The notes under the pieces are model-generated. The model saw only the letters and a list, made by a program, of their open reading frames with translations. It made no database searches and was not told the origin of the DNA. From Candidatus Eiseniibacteriota bacterium (GTDB taxonomy: Bacteria > Eisenbacteria > RBG-16-71-46 > JABDJR01 > JAWXBZ01), in NCBI GenBank assembly GCA_034440375.1, contig JAWXBZ010000008.1:1-33277 (forward strand): a stretch of DNA of 33,277 bases, read 5' to 3'. The position numbers and the translations under genes were made by a program. Positions 20,467 through 29,816 of the stretch are shown one piece after another; positions within the stretch are counted from its first letter, which is position 1; each line of letters starts with the position of its first letter.

Positions 20467-22512
20467 TTGGTGAGCGGATCGTATGAGGCCATCGTCATCG
20501 GCGCCGGCCATGCCGGTTGCGAGGCGGCCTTTGCGCTGGCGCGAATGGGGCACCGGACGCTTCTGCTGACGCTGAACCTGGATGGCGTGGCGCAGATGAG
20601 CTGCAATCCGGCCATTGGCGGCCTTGGCAAGGGGCAGATGGTCCGCGAGATAGATGCTCTCGGCGGTTTGATGGGGCGGGCGATCGACGCCACCGGGATT
20701 CAGTTCCGGATGCTCAATCGAAGCAAGGGCCCTGCGGTTCGCTCTCCGCGGGCACAGGCGGAAAAGAAGGCCTATCAGGAGTGGGTGCGGGGCGTCATCG
20801 AATCGACGCCAAACCTCGAGCTGCGCCAGGGGCAATCGGTAAGACTCCTCGTTGAGGATGTTGGCGCCACCAATGGCGAACCCACGCGCGCGATCCGAGG
20901 GGTGGAAATGCTCACCGGCCGGCAATACGAGGCGCCCATTGTTGTCCTGACGCCCGGCACCTTTCTTCGCGGCATGATTCATATGGGCCGCTCCACTTAT
21001 GAAGGTGGGCGATCCGGAGAAGTCTCCGCGCCAAAGATGTCCGATTGCCTGCGCGAACTCGGCTTTCGCATGGGCCGCATGAAAACCGGAACGCCGCCAC
21101 GACTCTCGCGCGGCAGCATCGACTTTTCGCGCACCCGACCGCAGCCGGGCGACGAACCGCCGTCACCGTTCTCGCACTTCACCCGCGGGCTTGATGTCAT
21201 GCAGGTCGATTGCCACCTGACGTCCACAACGACGCTGACACACGAGGTCATCCGTCGCCATCTCGATAAATCGCCGCTCTACTCGGGCCAGATCACCGGC
21301 ACCGGTCCGCGCTATTGTCCTTCCATCGAGGACAAGGTCGTCAAGTTTCCGGAACGGGAGGCACATCAGGTCTTCCTTGAGCCGGAGGGTCGGGCAACGC
21401 AGGAGATTTATGTCAATGGAATCTCCACGAGCCTGCCGGAGGAGTGCCAGGAGGAATTCCTGCGCACGATTCCCGGACTTGAGGAGGCGGTGATGCTGCG
21501 GCCAGGTTATGCCGTCGAGTACGACTGCGTGCAGTCCGATCAGCTGAAGCCGACGCTCGAGACGCGCGCCATCGACGGCCTTTTTCTGGCCGGACAGATC
21601 AACGGCACATCCGGTTACGAGGAAGCCGCGGGCCAGGGGTTGGTGGCCGGCATTAACGCCGCGCTCAAACTCCAGGGCGAGTCGCCGTTCATTCTCCGCC
21701 GTTGGGAGGCTTACGTTGGCGTCATGGTCGATGACCTCGTCAACAACAGCGGGGAAGAGCCGTATCGAATGTTCACCTCACAGGCGGAGTACCGGTTGCT
21801 ATTGCGACAGGACAACGCGGACGAGCGACTCATGGACCACGGGACCCGTTTCGGCCTCGTCCCCGTCGATGAACGGGCCCGATGGGCTGATCTACGCGCC
21901 ACGATCGAGGCCGAGCGCCAGTTCCTGTCGCGGCGTCATGTTCCCCTGCAAGACATGGCCGAACTCCTGAACCCGGGCCCCATTGACGGTGCCATGGACG
22001 AGGAGTGCGCTGCCGCCGGCGGGGGTTCGCCCGCCCTGGCGCACAATGCGGAGGGGGCGTCGAGCCTCCTCGACATATTGCGTCGGCCAGGTGTCGCCTA
22101 CGATCAATTGCTTGCCTGGCGCGAAGATCCGAATGCGGGCGAGGTTGGCCAGGCGGCTCCTCCTCTGGCCGGCCTGTCAGCAGAGTTGCTGGAAATTCAA
22201 GTAAAATATGATGGTTACGTCAAACGACAGCTCCGCCAGGTAGAACAACTTCAGGCCATGGAGAATCGAGCCATTCCGCCGGGCCTGCTGGATGGAAGCC
22301 TTTCCGGCGTCAGTCGGGAAGCGATCGAAAAGCTTCGCCGCATCCGACCGGTATCTGTGGGGCAGGCCGGTCGCCTGGCCGGGGTTTCTCCAGCCGACGT
22401 CACGGTGTTGCTGATACTGATTCAGAAGTGGTCGACTGGCATCACCGCCAACGGGGAGGACACGACCCCAAAAACCACCGCATCAGGGAGAAACCATGCC
22501 GCCTCGCACTGA
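20467..22512 (+). CDS. mnmG: tRNA uridine modification enzyme MnmG (GidA)
   Basis: [31 protein letters not shown] and [14 protein letters not shown]. Confidence 0.98.
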   Translation: MVSGSYEAIVIGAGHAGCEAAFALARMGHRTLLLTLNLDGVAQMSCNPAIGGLGKGQMVREIDALGGLMGRAIDATGIQFRMLNRSKGPAVRSPRAQAEKKAYQEWVRGVIESTPNLELRQGQSVRLLVEDVGATNGEPTRAIRGVEMLTGRQYEAPIVVLTPGTFLRGMIHMGRSTYEGGRSGEVSAPKMSDCLRELGFRMGRMKTGTPPRLSRGSIDFSRTRPQPGDEPPSPFSHFTRGLDVMQVDCHLTSTTTLTHEVIRRHLDKSPLYSGQITGTGPRYCPSIEDKVVKFPEREAHQVFLEPEGRATQEIYVNGISTSLPEECQEEFLRTIPGLEEAVMLRPGYAVEYDCVQSDQLKPTLETRAIDGLFLAGQINGTSGYEEAAGQGLVAGINAALKLQGESPFILRRWEAYVGVMVDDLVNNSGEEPYRMFTSQAEYRLLLRQDNADERLMDHGTRFGLVPVDERARWADLRATIEAERQFLSRRHVPLQDMAELLNPGPIDGAMDEECAAAGGGSPALAHNAEGASSLLDILRRPGVAYDQLLAWREDPNAGEVGQAAPPLAGLSAELLEIQVKYDGYVKRQLRQVEQLQAMENRAIPPGLLDGSLSGVSREAIEKLRRIRPVSVGQAGRLAGVSPADVTVLLILIQKWSTGITANGEDTTPKTTASGRNHAASH

Positions 22513-23239
22513 ACGAAAACGACGGCCGCCGACGCGCCCGGTTCGACCCAAGCCTCCGACTCGCGCCGTTCACCCGCCGGTAGATCCGGCCGATGTGGAT
22601 GCCGATTACAAGGCTTTCCTGGCTGTCCTCGAAACACGCGAACAGGTGTTCTCCCCGGAAATGTTGGACCTGATTCGTCGCTACGGTGATCAGGTGGTGA
22701 GCCGGGCCGGGTTGCTTAATTTGATCAGTCCGGGTGACCGGGTTCGCTTTTTTACACGGCACATCGCCGAGTGCCTGACTCCCGAATTGGTACAGGCGGC
22801 GAACGAGGCCGGCTCCCTGGTCGATATCGGATCCGGTGCGGGCCTCCCGGGGCTACCGCTGGCCATCGTGTCGCCGGCCCTCAAGGTACTCCTCGTGGAA
22901 CCGCGCGTCCGCCGCGCCCAGTTTCTCGAGGCGGCTTCACTCTCACTGGGCCTTGGCGACCGCGTTGAGGTCTTCCATGGATCCGCCGAGCGCCTGATGG
23001 ATGCCTCGAAGGGGTCACTCAACGCCGGCCTGGCAACGGCCAGGGCGGTCGATCGGCTCGAAAACGTCTGGCCCTGGGCCCTGAACTTTCTTCGGCCAGG
23101 CGGCACCCTGGCCGTCTTTCGAGGTCCAGGCGAGGTTGAATCAGAGCTCTCCGGCCTTCGAGCACCGCTGCCTTCAGCCAGTCGCGTTGCGCAAATGCCC
23201 GGGCAACCACGACAGATGCTTTTCCTCACGCGCCCCTGA
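22496..23239 (+). CDS. rsmG: 16S rRNA m7G methyltransferase RsmG (GidB)
   Basis: [15 protein letters not shown] and ATARAV; follows mnmG. Confidence 0.9.
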   Translation: MPPRTERKRRPPTRPVRPKPPTRAVHPPVDPADVDADYKAFLAVLETREQVFSPEMLDLIRRYGDQVVSRAGLLNLISPGDRVRFFTRHIAECLTPELVQAANEAGSLVDIGSGAGLPGLPLAIVSPALKVLLVEPRVRRAQFLEAASLSLGLGDRVEVFHGSAERLMDASKGSLNAGLATARAVDRLENVWPWALNFLRPGGTLAVFRGPGEVESELSGLRAPLPSASRVAQMPGQPRQMLFLTRP

Positions 23240-23250
23240 CAGGGGATCGC

Positions 23251-23350
23251 TGTTTCACGTGAAACAATCCCTTTGATCCCGAAGAGTGGCAGACAGTGTT
23301 TCACGTGAAACACTCCCGGAGGAATGCCTGACGGTGTTTCACGTGAAACA
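23251..23350. promoter_or_regulatory. parS: Three perfect parS sites
   Basis: TGTTTCACGTGAAACA at 23251-66, 23297-312 and 23335-50. Confidence 0.96.
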
Positions 23351-23386
23351 GTTAAGCGGAGCGATGTAATCTCGTCAACTGGTTGG

Positions 23387-23415
23387 TTGACAAGTTGCTC
23401 CCGATCGACGAATAT
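23387..23415 (+). promoter_or_regulatory. Possible parAB promoter
   Basis: TTGACA-N17-GAATAT (weak -10). Confidence 0.35.
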
Positions 23416-23501
23416 CGGCTCACACCCAAGACCCCGCACCTCCGACCACACAACCAGAACTAATATAACAATTTGATTCATGCGGGGGGGCGGTTCGCAA
23501 G

Positions 23502-24278
23502 ATGTCGCGTGTCATTGCGGTGGCCAATCAGAAGGGCGGCGTCGGCAAAACGACCACCACCGTTAATCTGGCGGCATCGCTTGCCCTTGCGGGCCGGAGC
23601 GTGCTGCTCGTTGACACCGACCCCCAGGGAAACGCCACGAGCGCACTCGGTTCGAACGGGAACGATCTGCCCGAGACCATATATGAGTCCCTGGTGAACG
23701 AAATTCCGCTTGATGTGGTTCGCCGGTCCACGGCCATCGATGGACTTCAGCTCATCCCGGCAGCCCAGCGTCTCATCGGGGCGGAAATCGAACTCGTTCC
23801 GGTCCCCGAACGGGAGAGCGTTCTCCGGCGGCGACTGGAGCCGCTTCGCGAGTCCTACGATTTCATTTTAATTGATTGTCCCCCATCGCTCGGCTTGCTG
23901 ACCGTCAATGCGATGACGGCGGCCACGTCCATACTCATCCCGCTTCAATGTGAGTACTACGCGCTTGAAGGGTTAAGTCAGCTCTTGAACGCGGTCCGGC
24001 TCATCCAGCGCGGGCTGAACCCATCGCTGACCATCGAGGGAATCCTTCTGACGATGTTCGATGCGCGACTGAACCTCTCCCACCAGGTGGCCGAGGAGGC
24101 CCGCAAGTTTTTCCCCGGAAGGGTTTACGAAACCGTTATCCCGCGAAACGTCCGGATCAGCGAGGCGCCCAGTTTCGGGCAGCCCGTCGTGACTTACGAT
24201 CCGAAGAGCGCGGGGGCCGAGAGTTACTTCAACCTGGCAAAGGAAATCTTGAGCCATGACTCGCAAAGCACTGGGTAG
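23502..24278 (+). CDS. parA: Chromosome partitioning ATPase ParA/Soj
   Basis: NQKGGVGKTTT, DTDPQGNA, IDCPPSLG and QCEYYALEG. Confidence 0.97.
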   Translation: MSRVIAVANQKGGVGKTTTTVNLAASLALAGRSVLLVDTDPQGNATSALGSNGNDLPETIYESLVNEIPLDVVRRSTAIDGLQLIPAAQRLIGAEIELVPVPERESVLRRRLEPLRESYDFILIDCPPSLGLLTVNAMTAATSILIPLQCEYYALEGLSQLLNAVRLIQRGLNPSLTIEGILLTMFDARLNLSHQVAEEARKFFPGRVYETVIPRNVRISEAPSFGQPVVTYDPKSAGAESYFNLAKEILSHDSQSTG

Positions 24279-25170
24279 AGGACTCGGGGCGCTGATCCCC
24301 GAAGAGCCGACGAACCGGTTCGTCACGACCGCCGATCCGATATCGATGACGGTCGGGGTGGGTGGCACGCCGATTGAACTTCCCCTCGCGGAAATCGCCA
24401 GCAATCCCTATCAGCCGCGGCATCGCTTCGACGAGGCCAAGCTCCAGGGCCTGGCCGACTCGATCCGAGTGAGTGGTCTCCTGCAGCCAGTCCTCGTCCG
24501 GCAGTCGCCGGATGGGCGCGGCTACCAGCTCATTGCCGGAGAGCGTCGACTCAAGGCGGCCGAGTTGGCTGGCCGGGCCACCGTTCCGGCGGTGGTACGA
24601 ACAGCCTCGCGGAAGGAAATGCTGGAATTCGCCATCATCGAGAATGTCCAGCGTGAAGATCTGGATCCAATCGAGGAATCGCACGCCTACCAGCGGATGG
24701 CGACCGAGTTTGATTTGACGCAGGAACAGATAGCCGCGCGCGTCGGAAAAGACAGGACGACAGTGGCCAACGCACTCCGTCTCTTGAATCTATCGGAGCC
24801 GGTTCAGGACCTCCTGTCAAGAGGCGCCATCACGACGGGCCACGCGCGGTGCTTGCTGGCGATCGAATCGCCCGCACAGCAGGAGGCGATGGCCGAAGAG
24901 ATCATCAAGCTGGGACTGTCGGTGCGTCAGGTTGAGGAAATGACGGCCGGTCTTCGCCAGAAACGCGTCCGCGGGCCGGGCCGGCGGGGTCGCGTGTCGC
25001 CAGCACTCTCGGACTGGGAGGATCGCCTCCGGCGAGTCTATGGAACACAGGTTCGAATCGTCGGCGGCACGGCCCGCGGGCGCGTTGAGATCAGCTATTT
25101 CAGTGAGAGTGATCTGGAGCGGGTTCTGGAGGTTGCCGGCCTGATCGGCGAGGGTCGGCCGCGCGAGTAG
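24256..25170 (+). CDS. parB: Chromosome partitioning CTPase ParB
   Basis: RKALGRGLGALI, NPYQPR, IAGERR, IENVQREDL and HTH RTTVANALRLL. Confidence 0.97.
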   Translation: MTRKALGRGLGALIPEEPTNRFVTTADPISMTVGVGGTPIELPLAEIASNPYQPRHRFDEAKLQGLADSIRVSGLLQPVLVRQSPDGRGYQLIAGERRLKAAELAGRATVPAVVRTASRKEMLEFAIIENVQREDLDPIEESHAYQRMATEFDLTQEQIAARVGKDRTTVANALRLLNLSEPVQDLLSRGAITTGHARCLLAIESPAQQEAMAEEIIKLGLSVRQVEEMTAGLRQKRVRGPGRRGRVSPALSDWEDRLRRVYGTQVRIVGGTARGRVEISYFSESDLERVLEVAGLIGEGRPRE

Positions 25171-25195
25171 GCGCTTTGAGCAGGGAGGACGAATC

Positions 25196-25669
25196 ATGGC
25201 AATGTTTGGTCGGCAGAAGGACAGCGGCGCGCCATCGGATACGCGCATCAATACGGTCATCGGCGAAGGGACCTTGATGACGGGAACGCTTCGCGTCGAG
25301 GGGAGCCTTCTCGTGAATGGCGAATTTGAGGGGACCTTGACCGCCACGGAGTCCGCCATCATCGGGAAGACGGGAAGCGTGCGCGCCGGGATCAGTGCCC
25401 GCGAAATTCTCGTGGCCGGAAAGGTGCGGGGCAAGGTTCTCGCCAAGGAACGGGTTGAACTTCAAACCGGTGCCCGCCTGGAGGGAGATGTCATTGCCAA
25501 AAGCTTCATGATCGAAGAGGGGGTTTTCTTCCAGGGCAATTGCTCCATGGGTGAGGAGGTCAGCCTCGAAGAGTCCAAGCCGATCGGCTCGAGCAAGTCC
25601 GGCGGCGCCGGGACCCACGGAGATACCGCATCAGGTCAGCCCGGGCTGGGACTGCTCGGCCAACGCTAG
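25196..25669 (+). CDS. Bactofilin (polymer-forming cytoskeletal protein)
   Basis: TVIGEG...G.L......L.VNG.FEG...IIGKTG.V...I.A....V.G.V.G...IEEGVFFQGNCSM beta-helix pattern. GGAGG RBS. Confidence 0.9.
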   Translation: MAMFGRQKDSGAPSDTRINTVIGEGTLMTGTLRVEGSLLVNGEFEGTLTATESAIIGKTGSVRAGISAREILVAGKVRGKVLAKERVELQTGARLEGDVIAKSFMIEEGVFFQGNCSMGEEVSLEESKPIGSSKSGGAGTHGDTASGQPGLGLLGQR

Positions 25670-25691
25670 GAACCAGCGCCAGATCGCCGGC

Positions 25692-25791
25692 TATGTGGAA
25701 AAGTGGCAGCAAATGTGGAGAAAGACGTAAGGCCTAATTTAAAAACGACTTACATTGTGGCTTTGGCCCTGACCGAACGGGCTTACTCACA
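25692..25791. promoter_or_regulatory. Distal DnaA-box cluster
   Basis: TGTGGAAAA 25694-702, TGTGGAGAA 25714-22, weak TGTGGCTTT 25756-64 and TTACTCACA 25783-91. Confidence 0.5.
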
Positions 25792-27081
25792 AGTTTCCGG
25801 CAGGGTCGTCAGGGCCTGCGGAACGGCCAGGACGCGATGGGAGCCCGTCCGTTGGACGGCCCACTCAACAGATTCCTCGATGGTTCGGAATCCGACCATG
25901 CCCAATCGTTTCGGGAGGTCGGGATCCACCGTTCCAACGAAGGCCAGGGTGGCGAACTGCTGGGCCCACGCAACCATGACCGCCCGCTGCCCCCCGGCCG
26001 GGTATCCCTCCCGCTGCGCCAGGGCAACAATGGCTTCCGGCTCGAGGCCTCGCGACAACATCTCCTCGAAGAGGCGCTCGCCCGTTCCCTGCCCCGCACC
26101 CTCCGGACAGGCGGCCGGCACGATGATGACGCCGCCGCGCTCGACCACCGGTCGCCGTCCGAAGCAGAGATAGGTCGGAATGCGCGTCGCCTGGTAGAGA
26201 TTCGAATCCTTCGGGTGTCCGGCGGCGCCGATCACGATCGGGAAGGCCGAGTCGACCGGCACGATGGCGTGATCACGCACCCAGTCGGACAGGTCGCGGT
26301 GTACCGACTCCGGATGCCCGGCCATCGCGCGCAGAATCCGCCCGTCGGTGTCGAGGGCCACGTTCACGACAAACTTGAGGCCGGCTCGTTCCCCGACCCA
26401 GCGTGCGATCTCAAGAAACGGATTCTTGTCGGTCACGCCCAGACGCACCCCGGGGTGTTCCAGGTAGGCCATGCCATGCAACGCGGTGATGGTGGCCTGA
26501 CCAGCCGTACCGATCGCCACGGTCTTCCACCCGCCGCTGAAGCCGGCGTACTGGTGCGGTTCAACGATTCCGGTGGCGATCAGCAGGTCGGCCTCCGCAG
26601 CGCGCCGATCGATGGAAATTGGCATCCCATCGGCACTCGACCCGAGGTCGAGCTGCAACTCCGGATCCAGGGGTGCGGAGTCAACGACCCGGTATCGGTC
26701 AACGATGGCTGCGCCGAGTTTCTCGATCTTTTCCTCGAGCGTGCTGGGTCGATGCATGCCGATGGCCACGAGCAAGGTGATCGCAGAGTCGGCAAGTCCG
26801 GCAGCGGCCAGCTCGTCGAGCAGCGGCTGGACAAGCAGCCGATCCGGGCAGGGACGCGTGGCATCGGTAACCACGATCGTGGCCGTGCGCGCGCCCCGTG
26901 CCAGTTCGCCGATGGCGGGAGACCCGAGCGGGTTGGCAAGTGCCTGCGCAACCAACTCCTCCGGGGACGCCGACGGGCGGACCACCGCTTTGGATACTAG
27001 CGTGACATCGAGTTCCGGCGCCGGCTGCCATGTCATCAACTCCCGGCCATAGGGAAAATGGATGGCGGCATGCTCCTTCAT
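25783..27081 (-). CDS. larA: LarA-family nickel-pincer racemase/epimerase
   Basis: DATRP, GMHRP, EPHQYAGFSGGWK, ALHG, NLYQATR and ACPEGAG. Confidence 0.88.
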   Translation of the reverse strand: MKEHAAIHFPYGRELMTWQPAPELDVTLVSKAVVRPSASPEELVAQALANPLGSPAIGELARGARTATIVVTDATRPCPDRLLVQPLLDELAAAGLADSAITLLVAIGMHRPSTLEEKIEKLGAAIVDRYRVVDSAPLDPELQLDLGSSADGMPISIDRRAAEADLLIATGIVEPHQYAGFSGGWKTVAIGTAGQATITALHGMAYLEHPGVRLGVTDKNPFLEIARWVGERAGLKFVVNVALDTDGRILRAMAGHPESVHRDLSDWVRDHAIVPVDSAFPIVIGAAGHPKDSNLYQATRIPTYLCFGRRPVVERGGVIIVPAACPEGAGQGTGERLFEEMLSRGLEPEAIVALAQREGYPAGGQRAVMVAWAQQFATLAFVGTVDPDLPKRLGMVGFRTIEESVEWAVQRTGSHRVLAVPQALTTLPETCE

Positions 27082-27124
27082 GGCGGGGGCCCGCCGGGCA
27101 TCCCACTGGCCCGGCCGGTAGATA

Positions 27125-27321
27125 CTGCCGGTCGGAATGGAACTTTCAACCGGGCCGCCGTGTATTCCCCGTTGATATTGCTGGTTGCGATTCCTCCATC
27201 GCCCGACCGGCAGGCTTTCAGGGCACTTCCTGCGGCATTCGTTTTCCGGAAAATGGGGTTTCCCGCCTTGTGCTTAGGCGACCCGGACCACGGTGAATGC
27301 GGGGGGTGCCCTGTTTTTTTT
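27125..27321 (+). ncRNA. Candidate structured RNA: two long hairpins followed by U8
   Basis: Perfect 11-bp stem 27125-35/27203-13 and stem 27219-26/27306-13, with inner G-U-containing helices. T8 at 27314-21. Confidence 0.4.
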
Positions 27322-27328
27322 GCCGGGC

Positions 27329-28228
27329 TCATCGGTCTCCCCCCCCCGCGTCCACCGGGGAGCGTAACGAGTCGACAAACTCACGCGTCAAGTTCAGCGC
27401 GCGCGTCAGGTGCGGTCCCTCGCCGGCGAATGGGTGGACCGACCCGAAGGTGTGATCCGCGCCCGGCAGAATGACGAGGCGTGCCCGTCCAACCGATGCC
27501 TGCACCACCGCCTCCGATTCGGCGACAGGAACACTCGAGTCGGCATCGCCGTGGATCAAGAGATGCGGCACGCGAAGGCTGGCGGCCAGATGGTCGGGCG
27601 AATAATCTTCAAGATGCAACTCGAGGTCATCCAGGGCCTCGAGACCGATCGGCATCGATTGCCCCGTCCGCGCGTTGACCATCGGCAATTCGCCGTCGGC
27701 CCGCCAGCGGCGGCGGGTTTCCTCGGGATAGCGATCGCCGAGCCGTCCGACGCCGGCCCAGGTGACCAGCCCCGCGATGTCGGATCGCCGACCGGCGGCA
27801 ATCGTCGTGGCTATGGACCCGCGGCTGTGCCCGAGCAGAACGACTCGCCGATGTCCGGCGGGCCCCGGCAACCGGCCGGCGTGGAGGGCGTCCAGCACAA
27901 GGTCCAAGTCGGTCACCTCGCGAGTCAACGTATTGTCGCGAAACCGGTCCAACTCGGTGAACCGTTCCGGGTCGTCACCGATGCCTGAGCCGGACAGATT
28001 GAACGAGATGACGAAAAGGCCGAATTCGGCCAGCCGTTCGGCGACCAGCGGGAAGTGTCCCCAGTCCTTGAACCCCTTGAACCCGTGGACGAGGACCAGG
28101 GCAAACCGCTGTTCGGCGGACCCGGCGCCGGTGACCCAGCGGACATCCCCGAGCAAGGGCCACCCTGAGGCAGCATCAAGATGGAAAGATTCCCGATTGA
28201 TCATGCCGGGGAGCCTAGCATCCGCCAT
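27329..28228 (-). CDS. Alpha/beta hydrolase (start may be ATG 28204)
   Basis: VHGFKGFKDWG, GHSRG nucleophile, HGDAD and GADHTF. Confidence 0.88.
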   Translation of the reverse strand: MADARLPGMINRESFHLDAASGWPLLGDVRWVTGAGSAEQRFALVLVHGFKGFKDWGHFPLVAERLAEFGLFVISFNLSGSGIGDDPERFTELDRFRDNTLTREVTDLDLVLDALHAGRLPGPAGHRRVVLLGHSRGSIATTIAAGRRSDIAGLVTWAGVGRLGDRYPEETRRRWRADGELPMVNARTGQSMPIGLEALDDLELHLEDYSPDHLAASLRVPHLLIHGDADSSVPVAESEAVVQASVGRARLVILPGADHTFGSVHPFAGEGPHLTRALNLTREFVDSLRSPVDAGGGDR

Positions 28229-28366
28229 CGGACCTTGCCACAGCTAACCCGTTGCATGAATTAGCGTTGGTTTCGTCATACTTATGTTGACTTATGGTGG
28301 TACTAATTAACCAATCCCGTGTTAGGCTCATGTCTTCGAATGGATCGTTTTCCTGCGAGGTTTTCC

Positions 28367-29332
28367 GTGACCCATCTTCTGGCAGAAATCGCCCGACATG
28401 AGCCACGGCTGGCGTCGACGGCGCGAGAGTTGATCCACCTGGTCGGGTCGACTCCGTTGCTCCGGCTGAACCGGGTTACCGAGGGCCTTTCCCCCGGCGT
28501 GTCGGTGTACGCCAAGGCCGAATGGTTCAATCCGGGCGGATCGGTAAAAGACCGCCCCGCGCTCCGAATGATCCTGGAGGCCCTCCGATCCCGCCGCTTG
28601 ACCCCCGACATGACGCTCCTGGATGCAACGTCGGGAAATACCGGAATTGGCTATGCCATGATCGGGGCCTCCATGGGCCTGGCCGTTCGCCTCTGCATTC
28701 CAGGAAATGCCAGCCAGGAACGTCTGCGCACCCTCAGGGTCTACGGAGCCGATCTCGTTCTGACCAATCCGCTGGAAGGTTCCGATGGGGCCATTCGTGA
28801 AGCGGCCCGGCTGACGTCGGCCGATCCAGGGCGGTACTTTTTGGTGGATCAGTACAACAACCCAGCGAACTGGCAGGCGCACTACGACACGACGGGCGTC
28901 GAAATCTGGGATCAATCAGGCGGGCAAGTGACCCACTTTGTCGCCGCGCTTGGAACATCCGGCACGTTCACCGGCGTTGGTCGGCGTCTGAAGAGTCGAA
29001 ATCCCCGGGTTCAGCTCGTCGCCGTGCAGCCGGACAGCCCGTTCCATGGCCTCGATGGCGTTAAGCACATGCCCACGGCCACCGTACCGGGCATCTATGA
29101 TGCAACGCTCGCCGACCGCAACGAGGCGGCCAACACCGAGGAAGCATACGCGATGACGCGGCGCCTCGCCCGCGAAGAAGGATATCTGGTCGGTCCCTCC
29201 GGTGGCGCGGCGGTCAATGTCGCTCTTGCCGTGGCTCGAGGTCTCTCGGTTGGAACCGTGGTCACGATCTTCCCCGACGGAGCCGACCGGTACCTGGGCG
29301 AGCGATTCTGGGATGAGGGTGATGACCGATGA
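28367..29332 (+). CDS. cysM: PLP-dependent cysteine synthase (CysM-like)
   Basis: KAEWFNPGGSVKDR, DATSGNTG, DQYNNPAN and GTSGT. Likely GTG start at 28367 after GAGG. Confidence 0.92.
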   Translation: MTHLLAEIARHEPRLASTARELIHLVGSTPLLRLNRVTEGLSPGVSVYAKAEWFNPGGSVKDRPALRMILEALRSRRLTPDMTLLDATSGNTGIGYAMIGASMGLAVRLCIPGNASQERLRTLRVYGADLVLTNPLEGSDGAIREAARLTSADPGRYFLVDQYNNPANWQAHYDTTGVEIWDQSGGQVTHFVAALGTSGTFTGVGRRLKSRNPRVQLVAVQPDSPFHGLDGVKHMPTATVPGIYDATLADRNEAANTEEAYAMTRRLAREEGYLVGPSGGAAVNVALAVARGLSVGTVVTIFPDGADRYLGERFWDEGDDR

Positions 29333-29814
29333 CATCAAAGACGGCCGCCGGCCGCGGATCCGCCACATCTTCCGGACTCATGATCCGACCGACCGATCTG
29401 GAGGCGATCCGGCGACACGGCGAAGACGGCTATCCAAACGAAAGCTGTGGCCTTCTGCTTGGCCGGGTTGAATTGACCGGTGGCGTGCGCGTCAAGGCGG
29501 TCACGTCGGTGGATCGGCTCGAGAACGAACGGGATGACTCCCGACACAATCGGTTTCTGATCACGCCGGCGACGTTTCTTTCGGCTGATCGTGCCGCACG
29601 CCAGCGGGGAGTCGAAATCCTCGGTTTTTACCATTCGCACCCGAATGCGCCGGCCACGCCCTCCGAATTCGACCGGGAACATGCCTGGCCCTTTTATTCC
29701 TATGTCATCGTGTCGGTCGTCAACGGCGACGCCCGCGAGCTGAACTCATGGGTCCTGGCCGAGGATCGCACGCATTACAACGCCGAGCCGATCGTGCCGG
29801 CACGGGAGGATTGA
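29329..29814 (+). CDS. mec: JAB/MPN+ (M67) metallopeptidase, Mec-like
   Basis: YPNESCGLL and GFYHSHP...PSEFD (JAMM motif). ATGA overlap with cysM. Confidence 0.9.
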   Translation: MTSKTAAGRGSATSSGLMIRPTDLEAIRRHGEDGYPNESCGLLLGRVELTGGVRVKAVTSVDRLENERDDSRHNRFLITPATFLSADRAARQRGVEILGFYHSHPNAPATPSEFDREHAWPFYSYVIVSVVNGDARELNSWVLAEDRTHYNAEPIVPARED

Positions 29815-29816
29815 CG

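Noticed and set aside
23251-23350. Regularly spaced repeats as a mini CRISPR array
   Set aside because: The 16-bp repeats are exact parS consensus next to parAB, the spacers are uneven and there are no cas genes.
27082-27328. NiCo, TPP, c-di-GMP, SRP, 6S or tRNA identity for the structured region
   Set aside because: The conserved cores I recall for these families are absent, and two separate hairpins do not fit the 6S rod.
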